From Felis catus (Eukaryota): DNA of 64,000 bases. The position numbers and the translations under genes were made by a program. The notes under the pieces were generated by a model that was not told where the DNA came from, made no database searches, and saw only the letters and a program-made list of their open reading frames with translations. Positions 35,338-47,353 of this stretch are shown in pieces (position 1 is the stretch's first letter; each line of letters starts with the position of its first letter). The DNA lies in the NCBI RefSeq assembly GCF_018350175.1, contig NC_058383.1, positions 4,900,001-4,964,000 on the forward strand. The letters are read 5' to 3'.

Positions 35338-35973
35338 AGAGTAAAAAGGCCATGTCTGGGGGCGCCTTGGTGGCTCACTCGGTTAAGCATCCAACTTCGG
35401 CTCAGGTCGTGATCTCCCAATTCATGGGTTCGAGCCCCGCATACGGCTCTGTGCTGACAGCTCAGACCCTGGAGCCTGCTTCAGATTCTTTGCCTCCCTC
35501 TCTCCGTGCTCCTCCCCCGTTCACGTTCTGTCTCTCTGTCTCTCAAAAAATAAATAAACGTTTAAAAAAAATTAAAAAAGTCCGTGTCTGAATAGGCCTC
35601 TTCACGTGATCTTGCGCATCAGAATTGTTCACTTCCCAAAAGTGAGTTCGTTGGTGAGACAGAGCCGGGACCACACAGACCTGGATTATGTTGTAGAAAG
35701 TAGTTACCAAGCTCTCCCAGCCTTAGTTTCTTCATTTGTTAAATGGGATGGTGGGGGCACCTGGGTGGCTCAGTCGGTTGAGCATCTGACTTCGGCTCAG
35801 GTCATGATCTCATGGTTCGTGAGTTCGAGCCCCGCGTCGGGCTCTGTGCTGACAGCTCGGAGCCTGGAGCCTGCTTCGGATTCTGTGTCTCCCTCTCTCT
35901 GTCTGGCCCTCCCCCACTCGTGCTCCGTGTCTCTCTCTCTCTCTCAAAAGATAAATATTAAAAAAAAAAAAAA
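35338..35973 (+). mobile_element. Two sense Can-SINEs (35338-35580, 35754-35973)
   Basis: Canonical bodies; TSD AAATGGGATGGT for the second. Confidence 0.9.
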
Positions 35974-36421
35974 ATGGGATGGTAACTGTTTTCAGAGTTG
36001 TGAGGATTACAGAATAACAGACGTGGAGTGTTTCAGATGGTGCCTGAACGCCATAGGTCTTGAGTAAGTGGTGGAGTCATTCTTGTGGCTGCTTGAACTT
36101 GGTGACTGTGTAGGTCTGTTGGCCTGGGACGGCTCTGTTTGGTGCCAGCCGTGCCAGCATAATTATGAACAGCTCCTCCTTCCTCTCTCAGAGGTATCCC
36201 AGTTTGGCCAATGATTATATGGTCGCCCCAGGTAGAACCCGGAGGCTTTCTGTCATGTTCCCACCCCTCATCGGTCACTGACGGTCAGTCTTAGGCCTTG
36301 AGTACCAGTTACAAGTAGACGGAGCCAGGTGGGTACCGTGCTAATAGGTGCTCTGCTGTTTCTGTGGGAAGGAAGTGTCTGAGGAAGCAGGTGACCAGTT
36401 TGAATATCTTCTGTGTTTCAG

Positions 36422-36593
36422 GAACCATCTGTAACCCTGGACCGCGGAAATCCATGGCTAAGCTGCTTTACGTCCGCCTGGCGCTCTTTCTGCCAGAGAT
36501 GGGCTGGGCTTCTCTGGGGGCCGCCTGGATAGCAGACGACATTCAGTGTGACAAGACGGTTGTGAATGGCATCATTGCCACTGTCGTTGTCAG
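36422..36593 (+). CDS. DAGLB: DAGLB coding exon 3 (172 nt)
   Basis: GTTTCAG| (G)[62 protein letters not shown]. Confidence 0.97.
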
Positions 36594-37334
36594 GTGAGGC
36601 CTTCCGTCTTCTCTCTCGGCTTCTTGTCTCAGGTGAGATGGAAGTCAACAGACCTTTCTGGGTAACTGCGGATAGCCCAATGCACAGGGGCTTCCTGAAA
36701 TCGTTAGGAATGGGACCTCTTTGAGTAGGTCATAAACATTGGGAGACGCTTGTTCATACATGAGAATTCATCTTTCGTTATGCGTGTACTGATGTCATTT
36801 TCTTTCTCACTGGTTCTCATTTTTCTGCATTTCGTCCCTTGTGTTATGAGAAGGAAGAAAACCCAGATACCGAACCAAGGGCAAAAACTAAAGGCAAGAG
36901 GAGTAGAAACGCAGTGCCAGGAATTGTGACAGGGGCTGCTGCCTGGGAGTCAGGCTTTCACGTTTTCCAGGCTAACGGTCCTAGAACTGATCAAGTTAAT
37001 TCCCGTCCTGTTACAGAGAAGGAAAGGGGGGCTTCCCGAGCCGCCCGGGCAGCGGTGGCAGAATCCCCTCACGGGGGCGCGTCTTCCGCTGGCACGCGTT
37101 TCCCTGAGCCACAGCGCCTGGCACGTTGTGCGCTGTCTGGACACACTCACACATATGAATGGAAGACCTCTTGGACTCTTCCACAGTGTGGCAAAGTTCT
37201 CCTGGTTTTGCCGGGAAGAACCCTGAGGCATGGAGGAGTCTGGGTCGTGCTGGTGGCCCGTGGAGAGCAGGTTCCAGCTGCTTCCACGCCCAGGCTGCAA
37301 CTGTACCTACTAGACGTCTTTTTTGTGGCCTTTA

Positions 37335-37550
37335 CTTTTTTTTTTCTTTTTTTGAGAGAGAGAGAGAGGGAGGGAGGGAGGGAGGGCACGCATGCGTGCA
37401 TGAGCTACAAGCCAGGGAGGGCCAGAAGGAGAGAGAATCTCAGGTAGGCTCCACGCCCAACACAGCGTTGGATGTCATGAACCGTGAGATCATTACCTGA
37501 GCCCAAATCAGGAGTCGGACACTCAACCGACTGAGCCACCCAGGCGCCCC
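37335..37550 (-). mobile_element. Antisense Can-SINE in DAGLB intron 3
   Basis: Canonical body; TSD TTTTGTGGCCTTTACTTTT / TTTTGTGGTCTTTACTTTT. Confidence 0.9.
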
Positions 37551-37795
37551 TTTTGTGGTCTTTACTTTTAAGGCTCTGATTTTTGTGAGGCCTGGGTCAG
37601 CCGTGGATGCATAAAGAACTTTCTAGAAAAAACAAGTCGCTCACCTCAGCCTGGTTCTGGGAAATCCGCATCTTCCTCGGTAACTAGAGCCACGGCTGTA
37701 CAGATGTAAAAACTGAACCCTGAGGAGGGAGCCCTGGCTCATGCATGTGGACGTGGGACCCACGGTCATCGCGCCTTCTCCTCTCTGTTTTGCAG

Positions 37796-38054
37796 CTGGA
37801 TTATCATCGTCTCCACTGTGGTTACCATTATCGTCGTCTTTGACCCACTGGGGGGGAAGATGGCTCCGTATTCCTCTGCTGGCCCCAACCACCTGGACAG
37901 TCATGAATCGAGCCAGCTACTTAACGGCCTCAAGACAGCAGCTACCAGCGTGTGGGAGACCAGGATCAAGTTACTGTGCTGCTGCGTCGGGAAAGATGAC
38001 CATACTCGAGTTGCTTTTTCGAGTACGGCAGAGCTTTTCTCAACCTACTTTTCA
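37796..38054 (+). CDS. DAGLB: DAGLB coding exon 4 (259 nt)
   Basis: [32 protein letters not shown]...[34 protein letters not shown]. Confidence 0.97.
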
Positions 38055-38826
38055 GTAAGCCGAAGGGGTCTGCTTTCGTCTCTTCTCCTGAGTAAATGTC
38101 TCCTCCGTGAAGATGAGCCCTCTGTGTTTTGAGCCGCGCCCCCGTTGACATAAAACAGCTCTTGCGGATGTGTGGTCTGTGCATGGCAGAGCAGGGGAGA
38201 TGCTCACGGGACGTGGGCTCCGGAGCCTTAAGCCGGGGCCCTGCGCTTCGGACGCCGTGTCTCCGGTCAGTGTGTCCTGCGTTGCTGATGGTTTTTTGCA
38301 CCGTGAAGGGTGTTAGTTAGTGTTTAAGCAGGCGAATAATGGAACCTGTATGTTTCGCGGGTAATTTGCCAGTCACCTGAATCCTTTGTCCTCCGGCTGG
38401 TGTGCTGCAGGTGCAGGCAGGTGTAAGCAGTGTCCTGCATCCGGGGTGGTGTCAGACCTCGTGTGCTACATTATGGCACGACGGGATGTGTCCTTGCAGC
38501 GCAGGAAGGTGTCCTCACTCTAGAGCAGTTTCTTCAGTGATTTAGAAAAACTTGGTTTTCTTCCACATCGAGTGCTTTCGTGTAACATCCTCTAGTAAAC
38601 TATCGTGTTCAGTATTGAGACCAAGTAAGGGACAGGAGTTCTCTTGCCATCCTGAGTGACTGCTGGTCCCTTTCCTGCGGCGTCCGAGTCAGCAGTGTCC
38701 AGGGCTGGCCCCGTAGGCTGACACCAGGCAGGTAGCAGCAGCCTCTGTGTAGACAGTGGACAAGGGTCTCCCTAAACTAATCCCCAGGAGTGCTTCTGCC
38801 TAGTCTTAAGATATTTGGAAGAAGCA

Positions 38827-39030
38827 GGGGTGCCTGGGTGGCTCAGTCGGTTGAGCATCCGACTTTGGCTCAGGTCATGATCCGTGAGTTCGAGCCCCGC
38901 GTGGGGCTCTACTGTCAGTGCAGAGCCTGGTTCAGATCCTCTGTCTCCCTCTCTCTGCCCTTCTCCCATGCACACATGCACTCACTCTCTCAATCTCTCT
39001 CTCTTGAAGATAGACATTAAAAAAAAAAAA
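38827..39030 (+). mobile_element. Can-SINE
   Basis: Canonical head and A tail; degenerate TSD TTTGGAAGAAG. Confidence 0.88.
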
Positions 39031-39707
39031 TTTTTTTTAAACTTTGGAAGAAGGAAGAAGAGAATCTGAGTGTTCTCAGCAGGTGTCTTCACCTGCATCA
39101 CAGGTAGAGCTGATGACTCAGGGGCTGAGTGGCCAGTACCTGCTCCTTCTGGACTGGAAGTGCCTGGAGGCAGCTGAGGATTCCTGCCTGCTCCATACCC
39201 CACCCGGAGGAGGAGGGGAAAGTCAGGGGCAGGCGGCTTGCTCTGTTGCTGTCCTGGAGTGGGGTTCTCCCGGAGGCTTGCAGTAGCTGGTGTATTTAAG
39301 TTCAGTGTCGAATCTCTGCCCCAGGGACTCTTGCCACAAAACCACAGCATCTTGAGCAAGCATCTAAGTTTGGGCTAAAATCGGCTGTTACTGGCAAAGA
39401 TGGTGAATTTACTTATCCATTTGCTCCCCAGCTTTACAAAAGACGTGAAGTCCATTAAGTGGTTCAGTTACTTAAAGTGAAATTTGAAATAAGAGCTCAA
39501 CCACATTTTTTTGTTGTCCAGTGGATTTGTCTGAGGGCAGGATGGGAAGAAACATTAAGCTCACATGCAGAAGTCTTGAAAGGAAAATACTTTTTAAGAC
39601 ACCCATTTACACATAACTGTGTGTGCATGTGAAGTGTATAAAACTGGGTTTTGAGGAACTCGGGCTGTCCCTGCTAAGCTTTATGACAAGCCGCTGTTTT
39701 CACCCAG

Positions 39708-39830
39708 GACACAGATCTGGTGCCCAGCGACATTGCGGCGGGCCTCACCCTTCTCCATCAGCAACAGGACAACATCAGGAACAGCCAGGAGCCTGATGAG
39801 GTCATCAGCCATTCCCCAGGCCCCCCCCAG
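39708..39830 (+). CDS. DAGLB: DAGLB coding exon 5 (123 nt)
   Basis: [54 protein letters not shown]. Confidence 0.97.
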
Positions 39831-40408
39831 GTAAGCCCGTTCTGTTGGGTTGTAGAGTTTTGACATTTACACCTATTTATGTATCTTCAAAAAACAAAGA
39901 ACAGAAAAACCTGGCCAGCACCAATTTCAGGAGCAGCTGGCTTGGAATGTGAGTTGTGGCTTCTGCTGGTTGTGGTTTTTCACCCGTCAGGTAAGGCGTT
40001 TGCTCACCCGGAGTTCAGGGAGCGGAGCCCGTTCCTGGCTGCTTCACATCCATGTATCTTGAAAGCATTCTCTTTTAGGAACTTGGCTGTTGCAGTCTAC
40101 ATGGCAGAAACTCAGGGACCGGGCTTGGATCTCCCTGGGTGTGCTTGCGCTCTGCGCCTGGGGAGCGGAAACGGGTCAGCTTTGCTTGATGGGTTTTCCT
40201 GCCACGGGTGTTTATGCTTCTGAAAGAGAAGGTGGCACGTAGGAGTATACGTTTCTCCGCACCCCATCCAGCTGTCCAGGTCTTCACGGCTCACTTGTTG
40301 CAGGAAGGGGAGACTCCGGAGTTTGAATTCAGGTTTATGACCTTGGTGAGTTGGTCTTGTCCGGAAGGGGTTCCCTGATACAAAAAGCTTTTCTTCCTTC
40401 TCTTACAG

Positions 40409-40536
40409 GAAGCTGATTTAGATGCAGAGTTAGAAAATTGCCATCATTACATGCAGTTTGCAGCAGCCGCCTACGGGTGGCCCCTGTACATTTATCGGAA
40501 CCCCTTCACAGGGCTGTGCAAGATCGGTGGGGACTG
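40409..40536 (+). CDS. DAGLB: DAGLB coding exon 6 (128 nt)
   Basis: [55 protein letters not shown]. Confidence 0.97.
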
Positions 40537-41316
40537 GTAGGTGGATGGGTTTGAGGCCTCCGTCTTCCTTCTGCTTGTCACTTGCTACACAGTCTGTCCT
40601 TTATTTCCTAAAAATAATCCGGTTTCCCCTCTCGAAACGCTTTCTGTTTTGAAATATTTCAAAACTGCAAGATCAGTACTGAGAACTCCCATATATCCTT
40701 TGTATGGGGCCACCAGTTGTGACTCAGTTTGGTCACATGTGCTGTGTTACTATAAATACATAGCTTCTTCCTGAACCACTGGAAGTGTAATGCAATCAGC
40801 ATGCCCCTTCTCTGCGGTTACTTCAGCCTGTATTTCTGTTCCCTCCCTCCCTCCCTCCCCTTTCTTTATTTTTAATTTGAGAGAGCCAAAGTACAAGTGG
40901 GGTGAGGGGCAGAGAGAGAGAGAAAGTTACCATTAAGCAATAACTCATTTATATTCTGTATTCACAGTTTTCCAGTTGCCACGATAGTATCCTTTGTAAC
41001 AGTTTTTCCTCCAGGTCAAGATTACACGTTGCACTTAGTTGACATGCATCCCTAGTTTTTTTCTATTTTGGAACTATTCCTCAGTCATTTTTCATCTTTC
41101 ATGATCTTGGCATTTTGGAAAGGACAGTGTAGGTATTTTGTGGAATGACCCTCAATTTGCATTTGTCAGATGGTTTCTTCCTGATGAGAGTCCAGATACA
41201 CATTTTTGGCAGGAATGTCCCGTGAGGGGTATTGCACCCTTCTTAGAATTACATCATATCAGCAAACGCAAGAGGTCAGTTTGTCCTGTTACTGGAGTTT
41301 TAGAGTCTCTCCCATT

Positions 41317-41741
41317 CTTTTTTTTTTAATGCTTTATTTATTTTTGAGAGAGACAGAGACAGAATGCGAGTGGGTTAGGGGCAGAGCAAGAGGGAGACAC
41401 AGAATCCGAAGCAGGCTCCAGGCTCTGAGCTGTCAGCACAGAGCCCGACTCGAGGCTCAAACTCACAAACTGCGAGATCATGTCCTGAGCTGAAGTCGGA
41501 CGCTCAACCAACTGAGCCACCCAGGCGCTCCTTTTTAAAATTTTTTTAATGTTTATTTATTTTTGAGACAGACAGAGCATGAGTGGGGGAGGGACAGAGA
41601 GAGAGGGAGACACAGAATGTGAAACAGGCTCCAGGCTCTGAGCTGTCAGCACAGAGCCCGACGTGGGGCTAGAACTCACAAGCTGTGAGATCATGACCTG
41701 AGCCGAAGTCGGACACTTAACTGAGTGAGCCACCCAGGCCC
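41317..41741 (-). mobile_element. Tandem antisense Can-SINE pair
   Basis: Two bodies; outer TSD TCTCCCATTCTT on both sides of the pair. Confidence 0.9.
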
Positions 41742-41995
41742 CAAGTATCTCCCATTCTTAATATTGATTTTTTTGTATATGTAAACATCGACATGACTCC
41801 AGAGATGAAAGCTGTAGTAAGAAGTATGCACAGGAGTGTAATAATCTTTTAAAGGCCATTATATGTTCGCCAGAGTAAGGCCTGAAAATTGTAAACTTGG
41901 GTCCTTGTGATTTGGGGAAGACAGAACAGTGGGGATCGATGTTCCTTGGTCAGTGGCTCAGGTCGGCAGAGTACCAGCCTTGCCTGTGTTTTTAG

Positions 41996-42122
41996 TTGTA
42001 GAACCAGGACAGCAGAATATGACTTGGTTGGAGGTGATCAGCTCAGCTGCCATTTTGGCTCCATCCTGCAGACGACAGGGCTACAGTACAGGGACTTCAT
42101 TCACATAAGCTTTCATGACAAG
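41996..42122 (+). CDS. DAGLB: DAGLB coding exon 7 (127 nt)
   Basis: [55 protein letters not shown]. Confidence 0.97.
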
Positions 42123-42193
42123 GTAGGTGTAACGGCGCTTCTGAACTTCTTTGGGGTCCTGGAGTCCTGTGAGATTCTGACAGAAGTTACAGA

Positions 42194-42718
42194 TTTTTTT
42201 TTTTTTTTATGTTTATTTACTTTTGAGAGAGAGAGACAGAGACAGAGTGGGAACGGGTGAGGGGCAGAGAGAGAGGGAGACACAGAGTCCAAAGCAGGCT
42301 CCAGGCTCCGAGCTGTCAGCACAGAGCCCAACGCGGGGCTGGAACCCACGAACCGCGAGATCATGACCTGAGCCGAAGTGGGACGCTTAACCGACCGAGC
42401 CCTCAGGCGCCCCTACAGATTATTTTCCCCAGAAAAATGTACATGGGGAGACACACACATACACACACTTTGCATACTGTTTCGGCTTAACGTAGATGGA
42501 GCCAGAAGTCTTCATAGAGATGCTGTACTGTGTTTTTGGTTTGGTTTTGTTTTAAGTTTATTTACTTATTTTGAGAGACAGCTTGCTAGTAAGCAGGGCG
42601 GGGACAGAGAGAGAGGGAGAGTCCCAAGCAGGGGCTTAAACTCCCGAACTGTGAGATCATGACCTGAGCCGAAACTAAGAGTCAGTCACTTAACCGACTG
42701 AGCCCCCCGGATGCCCCT
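42194..42718 (-). mobile_element. Two antisense Can-SINEs in DAGLB intron 7 (42194-42413, 42548-42718)
   Basis: Canonical antisense bodies. Confidence 0.88.
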
Positions 42719-42878
42719 GCACCGTGTCTGCATGTAGCCCGCCTCCTGTTGAAGGACAGGGAGCTGCACTTGGCAGTCGTGGCTGCGGAGCCGTTAGCAA
42801 CGGGGGCCGGCCTGACTCTGTATCCGCAGCCACACGTTCTTACCCTCGGGACCTCCTGCCTCTTTCCCTCACCCTCAG

Positions 42879-42962
42879 GTCTACGAGCTTCCCTTTTTAG
42901 TGGCTCTGGACCACAGGAAGGAGTCCGTCGTGGTGGCAGTGCGAGGAACCATGTCTCTCCAG
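42879..42962 (+). CDS. DAGLB: DAGLB coding exon 8 (84 nt)
   Basis: [41 protein letters not shown]; lipase class 3 VAVRGT motif. Confidence 0.97.
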
Positions 42963-44348
42963 GTAGGGAGCCCAGGGACGAGGGGTGGGGCGAACGGCCA
43001 GCCGCGGGCACCAGGAGCTGAGGATCGAGGCGGCGTCAGACAGGGCAGCAGGCGTTGGGGGGAACACTGGGACAGAAGCTGCCGAAGCAGACCCCGGTTG
43101 TGAGACACTCCCTTTGGAAAAACCCAGGAAGTCGTTTTCCTTTTCACTGAGAAGCATCAGAAACAGACTGGCGGGGTTGGGGAGATGGGGGGCTTCCCTT
43201 CAAGAAGTTGCTACAGAGGCGCCGCCAGTCCCCTCCTGGTGCTCACATGAGGACTCCTCGAGGACTGCCACTTACCTGTCCCCAGCCCAGCGAGACCTCT
43301 CCCGTCCTGTCCCGGGGAGATCCTGGGTGGCTTTTTTCTCCCTGTTTCCGTGATGTGCTTTTCGGTCTGTTCTTGGCCGTTCCTCAATCTCATTTCCTGA
43401 TTCCCACTTTGCTGCCGCCCCAGAAAGTGTAGAGAGACCTTGACCCTCTGCAGGGCGGGGGTGCACCTGGGGGTTCTGGCCGGACACCACAGGCACCTCG
43501 CCTCCTCCAGACCCGCTGTCTGGGCCCCGATTTCTGGTAATTCTGCAGCAGCCCCCAGCTGTCCCCTATAGAAAGGGTGAAGCCGTCCTCGGTGTCTGTC
43601 CTGCCTTCCTGCCCGGCTCTCTCCGGCCATCTCTCTGTGCACAGGTCCCCGTCCCTGGTCTTTCATTTTCCCAGCCAGTCCTCATACCGTCCACAGAGAC
43701 TCTTTCCAGAATGTGGGTCCGATCTTCCCACTCCTCAGGACCTCCCTCACCGCACCCCCTTCCCCGTTGCTTTTTAATACAGAATTCATGTCTCTTATCA
43801 TGGCTCTATCGGAGCTTTGTGACCCGAGCCCCCCTGCCTTTCCACTTCCCACCAGGCACTCCACATGCTCCGGAGTCCCATCCCTGGTGGGTTAGCCAAG
43901 CTGGGGCCTGCTGCCCCTTCACCTGGGGTTGCCCACCTCTCTGTTTCCTGAAAGTAAGTTTTTCCTTTAGTCTCTGGTGTCACCTCTCCAGGAAGCACCC
44001 CCACCCCAATGCATTTCTTACCCTCCCTTAGGTTTCTGTGAGCCGTTGATAGCCCCTTGAGGATAGGAACCATGCTTTGTTCAAAACCCAGGTACAGGGC
44101 TCTGCTCTGTGGTACTTAGAAGAGGGGTGTACAGAGTACTTAGGCAGAAGGTGTGTCTTAGACGCGTCCCACAGCCCCCTCCCTGCCATGGGTCCCTCAG
44201 GCTTCCTGGCCACCTGGGTTTCCCTCCTGAGTTTGGGTGTGAGGTCCAGTCCTCAGTCTGACCCAGGAGACTGTCCTTCAGAGGGACCCGCCCCGCAGCG
44301 TCTGCTCTCAGCTCATCCCGGCGGCCTCTTCCAATGCGCTCTTTGCAG

Positions 44349-44426
44349 GACATCCTCACGGACCTGTCAGCGGAGAGCGAGGACCTGAACTTGGAGTGTG
44401 GGGTGCAAGACTGTTCGGCGCACAAG
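44349..44426 (+). CDS. DAGLB: DAGLB coding exon 9 (78 nt)
   Basis: TTTGCAG| DILTDLSAESEDLNLECGVQDCSAHK |GTACGA. Confidence 0.96.
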
Positions 44427-44959
44427 GTACGAGCCCTGGGGTTTGTGTTCGGGAATGTTCCGTCCAAGAGAAGCTCAGAGGGGCCAGGGTTTTTCCAAGT
44501 CTGACTGTCCCGTGAATGCTAACCTGCTAACCGTACAGCAGATAGCCAGTGCCGAGTGAGTGCTCTCTTCCCCTTTAGTACAAATTCCCACGACAGTCCC
44601 ACCAGGTTGCTTTTTGTTTCTTTAAGAGGAAGCAGCAGGTTCTGAGCCATCGAGGGACTTACCAGAGGCCACACAGTTGTTAGGATAAGTGTCACTCGGC
44701 ATTTGACCCCCCAGTCGAATGCTCTTCCCTTGATGAAAGTCACACATTGTCGTGGGGAAGTCGAGGTCCGAGGCGCATCCAGCGCACGTGAGTCTCCCGC
44801 CCAGGAGCCCCGAGGGGCCCCGCAGCCCCGTCCTGTCGCCCGCGGGTTTCCTGTGCAGAGGACACAACACACGAGTTCTCGTCTTGTTGGTTCTGTGCCG
44901 GTGGCGTGGGGCTGCGGGCTCCTCCTCCAGGAACACAAAGGGCCTAGAGCAGAGGTGGT

Positions 44960-45480
44960 TTTTTTAAACGGTTTCGATGACGTGACATAATATCTGTCAC
45001 ATTAACCACTTGTAAGCGTACGGGTTGCTGGCGGTAGATTCCAAATGCCCGTCCCCATGACCGCCGTCTGTGTCCAGACTTTCTCATCATCCCCAAAAAA
45101 CTGTCCCTTCAGCAGTCCCCTCTCGGCAGCCGCTGAGAGACGTTCTGCTGTGTGCACAGACCACTTTGGTTTGTCCGTTTGTCCACTGGAGGGCCCGCCG
45201 GCCACTGCTGCAGCCCTTCCTTTGCGCTCTGTAGAGACTCCACCCGGAAGCGGGGCCGCCGCGTCTTGGGGTGTTAGCTGGGTTTCACTCGGGGAGGAGC
45301 CGCCGAACCGTCTTCCGGCCCAGCTGCACCAGTTGGCGCTCCGCTTGCAGCGTGTGAGGGCTCCCGTTCTCCACGTTCTCGTTCACACGTATCTTCTGTG
45401 GCTTCGATGACAGCCATCCCAGGGGTGCGAAGCGGTGTCTCGCTGCGGTCTGGGTTCACGTTTCCCTGATGACTGATGCG
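44960..45480 (-). mobile_element. Antisense L1MB-like fragment, strongly GC-shifted
   Basis: Collinear with the L1 at 28285-29390 (e.g. TTTCTCATCATCCCCAAAA; GAGGAGCCGCCGAACCGTCTTCC; CAGCCATCCCAGGGGTG). Confidence 0.65.
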
Positions 45481-47054
45481 GTGGCGAGCAGGGTGTTTTA
45501 ACGTTTGGGGGAATGTCCGGTCCCAGAGATCATGGCGGCTGCTTCCGGGGCCAGGGCTGTCGGGGTGGACGGCGGTTGGGCCTGTGCTGTTTTTATGCAC
45601 TTGGGGGTTTTTCAACCAAAACCCGTATCACTTCTCTAGTAATCGTTTTTTAAGCAAAATGCTTAGTTTTTATATAAACGTGTCAGAGCCGGAGTGGAGC
45701 TGATTGAGCCAGTGTCCTGCCTGGATAGTTCGCAAGGCGGGGCCAGACTGGAGGCTTTGTTCTGCCCCCCGTTAGAAGCTTGACAGTCCTCGGAAGTGAA
45801 TGTTCCCCCGCGACCCCTAGCTGTCTCTTTGTGCCTCGAGTCACACAGGAATCCAGTTTAACTGTCAGACACGTGGGAAGAAGAACCAGAATGTTCGACT
45901 TTCTTACCGAGACACAGCCACTAGCCAACCACAGGATGCGGTTCAGTGGGCTGGGTAGTGGCTCTGGTCTTAGAATCTAGCCGCAGGCTTTGTGCGACCA
46001 CAAGATGCGCTCTGAGCCTGGTCCCGGTCCCTCCAGAAGCAGCTCCTCCCTCGGGCCAGGAAGGTGGCTGCTGGAGCCGCAGGCCTAAGGGCCTGTACTG
46101 CTGCTCTCCGCCTCTGGCTTCACTCCTACACGTTTTGGCCCCGATACTGGCCGAAGTCGTTGGAGTTCACGACCATGCAAGCGAGCACAGTCTTGGCCTG
46201 CGTGTGTGACACGGGCCAGGGACTCCGGCCAGCTGCAGTGGTGTCCAGGTCACTTTTGGCTCTGTCTGTCCGGAACCGGGCCTCTCTCGTGTGAGGCCAG
46301 GTCCCGCCTCCTCCCACAGAATTCAGTCGTTACCCACTCAGGGATTTGCAGTAGCTCGGGAGGCTCTCCCGCGTCTCGCATCTGAACACAGGATTTCTCC
46401 CCTTCGGTCTTGTTAGAAGAGCAGCCGCACAAGGACAGGGGCCACGATGGCCTTGTCTCGTCCTCCATTGAAACTGCTTCATTTTTCAAGAAGCCTGTTT
46501 CTTAGGACAGCTGTATTCGTTAGGAGGTTTTACATTTCATTTCTTCTTTGAAATGGAACTAAAATCTGACCCCCCTAGAACTCATTTCCGACGGTCTTAG
46601 TTTTGCCTTTGCCGAAACTGAATGCTTGACGAATATCACTTACTCGGAACTTTATGTTTTAATGTCACGTTAGAAGATCAGCCACTTATAATCTAAATCT
46701 GACAATCCGTCAGGACTTGGCTGAAGTAAACCGTGGTGTGTGTATACAGCAAAATATCGTATAGCTTCAGAATAAGCCATAGAAAGACCCCTTGCCGTGC
46801 ACGTGTGTTCCCGATGTTACCCGTTCACTGGTTCATGAAAACAGCCATGGAGCCCCCTCTCCAGGCCGAACTCTGCATCAGGAACCAGGAACACAAGGGC
46901 GAGTGGTAGCTGTGGCCGCTGATCCCCAGGTGCTGGTCTCCGCCCTGGGGAGACCGTCACAAATGAGTGTGCACAGTGTAAGCCTGTCACCTGTCATAAC
47001 GGAACTCATTTCGTCTGATGATCAAAAGCCACCTTCTCTCGTCTGCATTTCTAG

Positions 47055-47135
47055 GGGATTTCTCAGGCCGCCAGATATGTGTACCAGCGCCTCATCAACG
47101 ATGGGATCTTGAGCCAAGCGTTCAGCATTGCTCCC
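47055..47135 (+). CDS. DAGLB: DAGLB coding exon 10 (81 nt)
   Basis: [40 protein letters not shown]. Confidence 0.96.
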
Positions 47136-47225
47136 GTGAGCTTTTCATTTTTCTTTTACTTCCCGTCCTTGTCATCAGCCGTCTGCTTCGTTTTAACCAC
47201 GACACGTTCTGCTTTTGTCCCGCAG

Positions 47226-47353
47226 GAATACCGGCTAGTGGTCGTGGGACACAGCCTGGGGGCCGGTGCCGCGGCCCTGCTGGCCATCATGCTCAGGAGC
47301 TCGTACCCTCAACTCCGGTGCTACGCCTTCTCCCCGCCCCGGGGGTTGCTGAG
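47226..47353 (+). CDS. DAGLB: DAGLB coding exon 11 (128 nt), catalytic serine
   Basis: [55 protein letters not shown]; GxSxG with Ser at codon 443. Confidence 0.98.
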
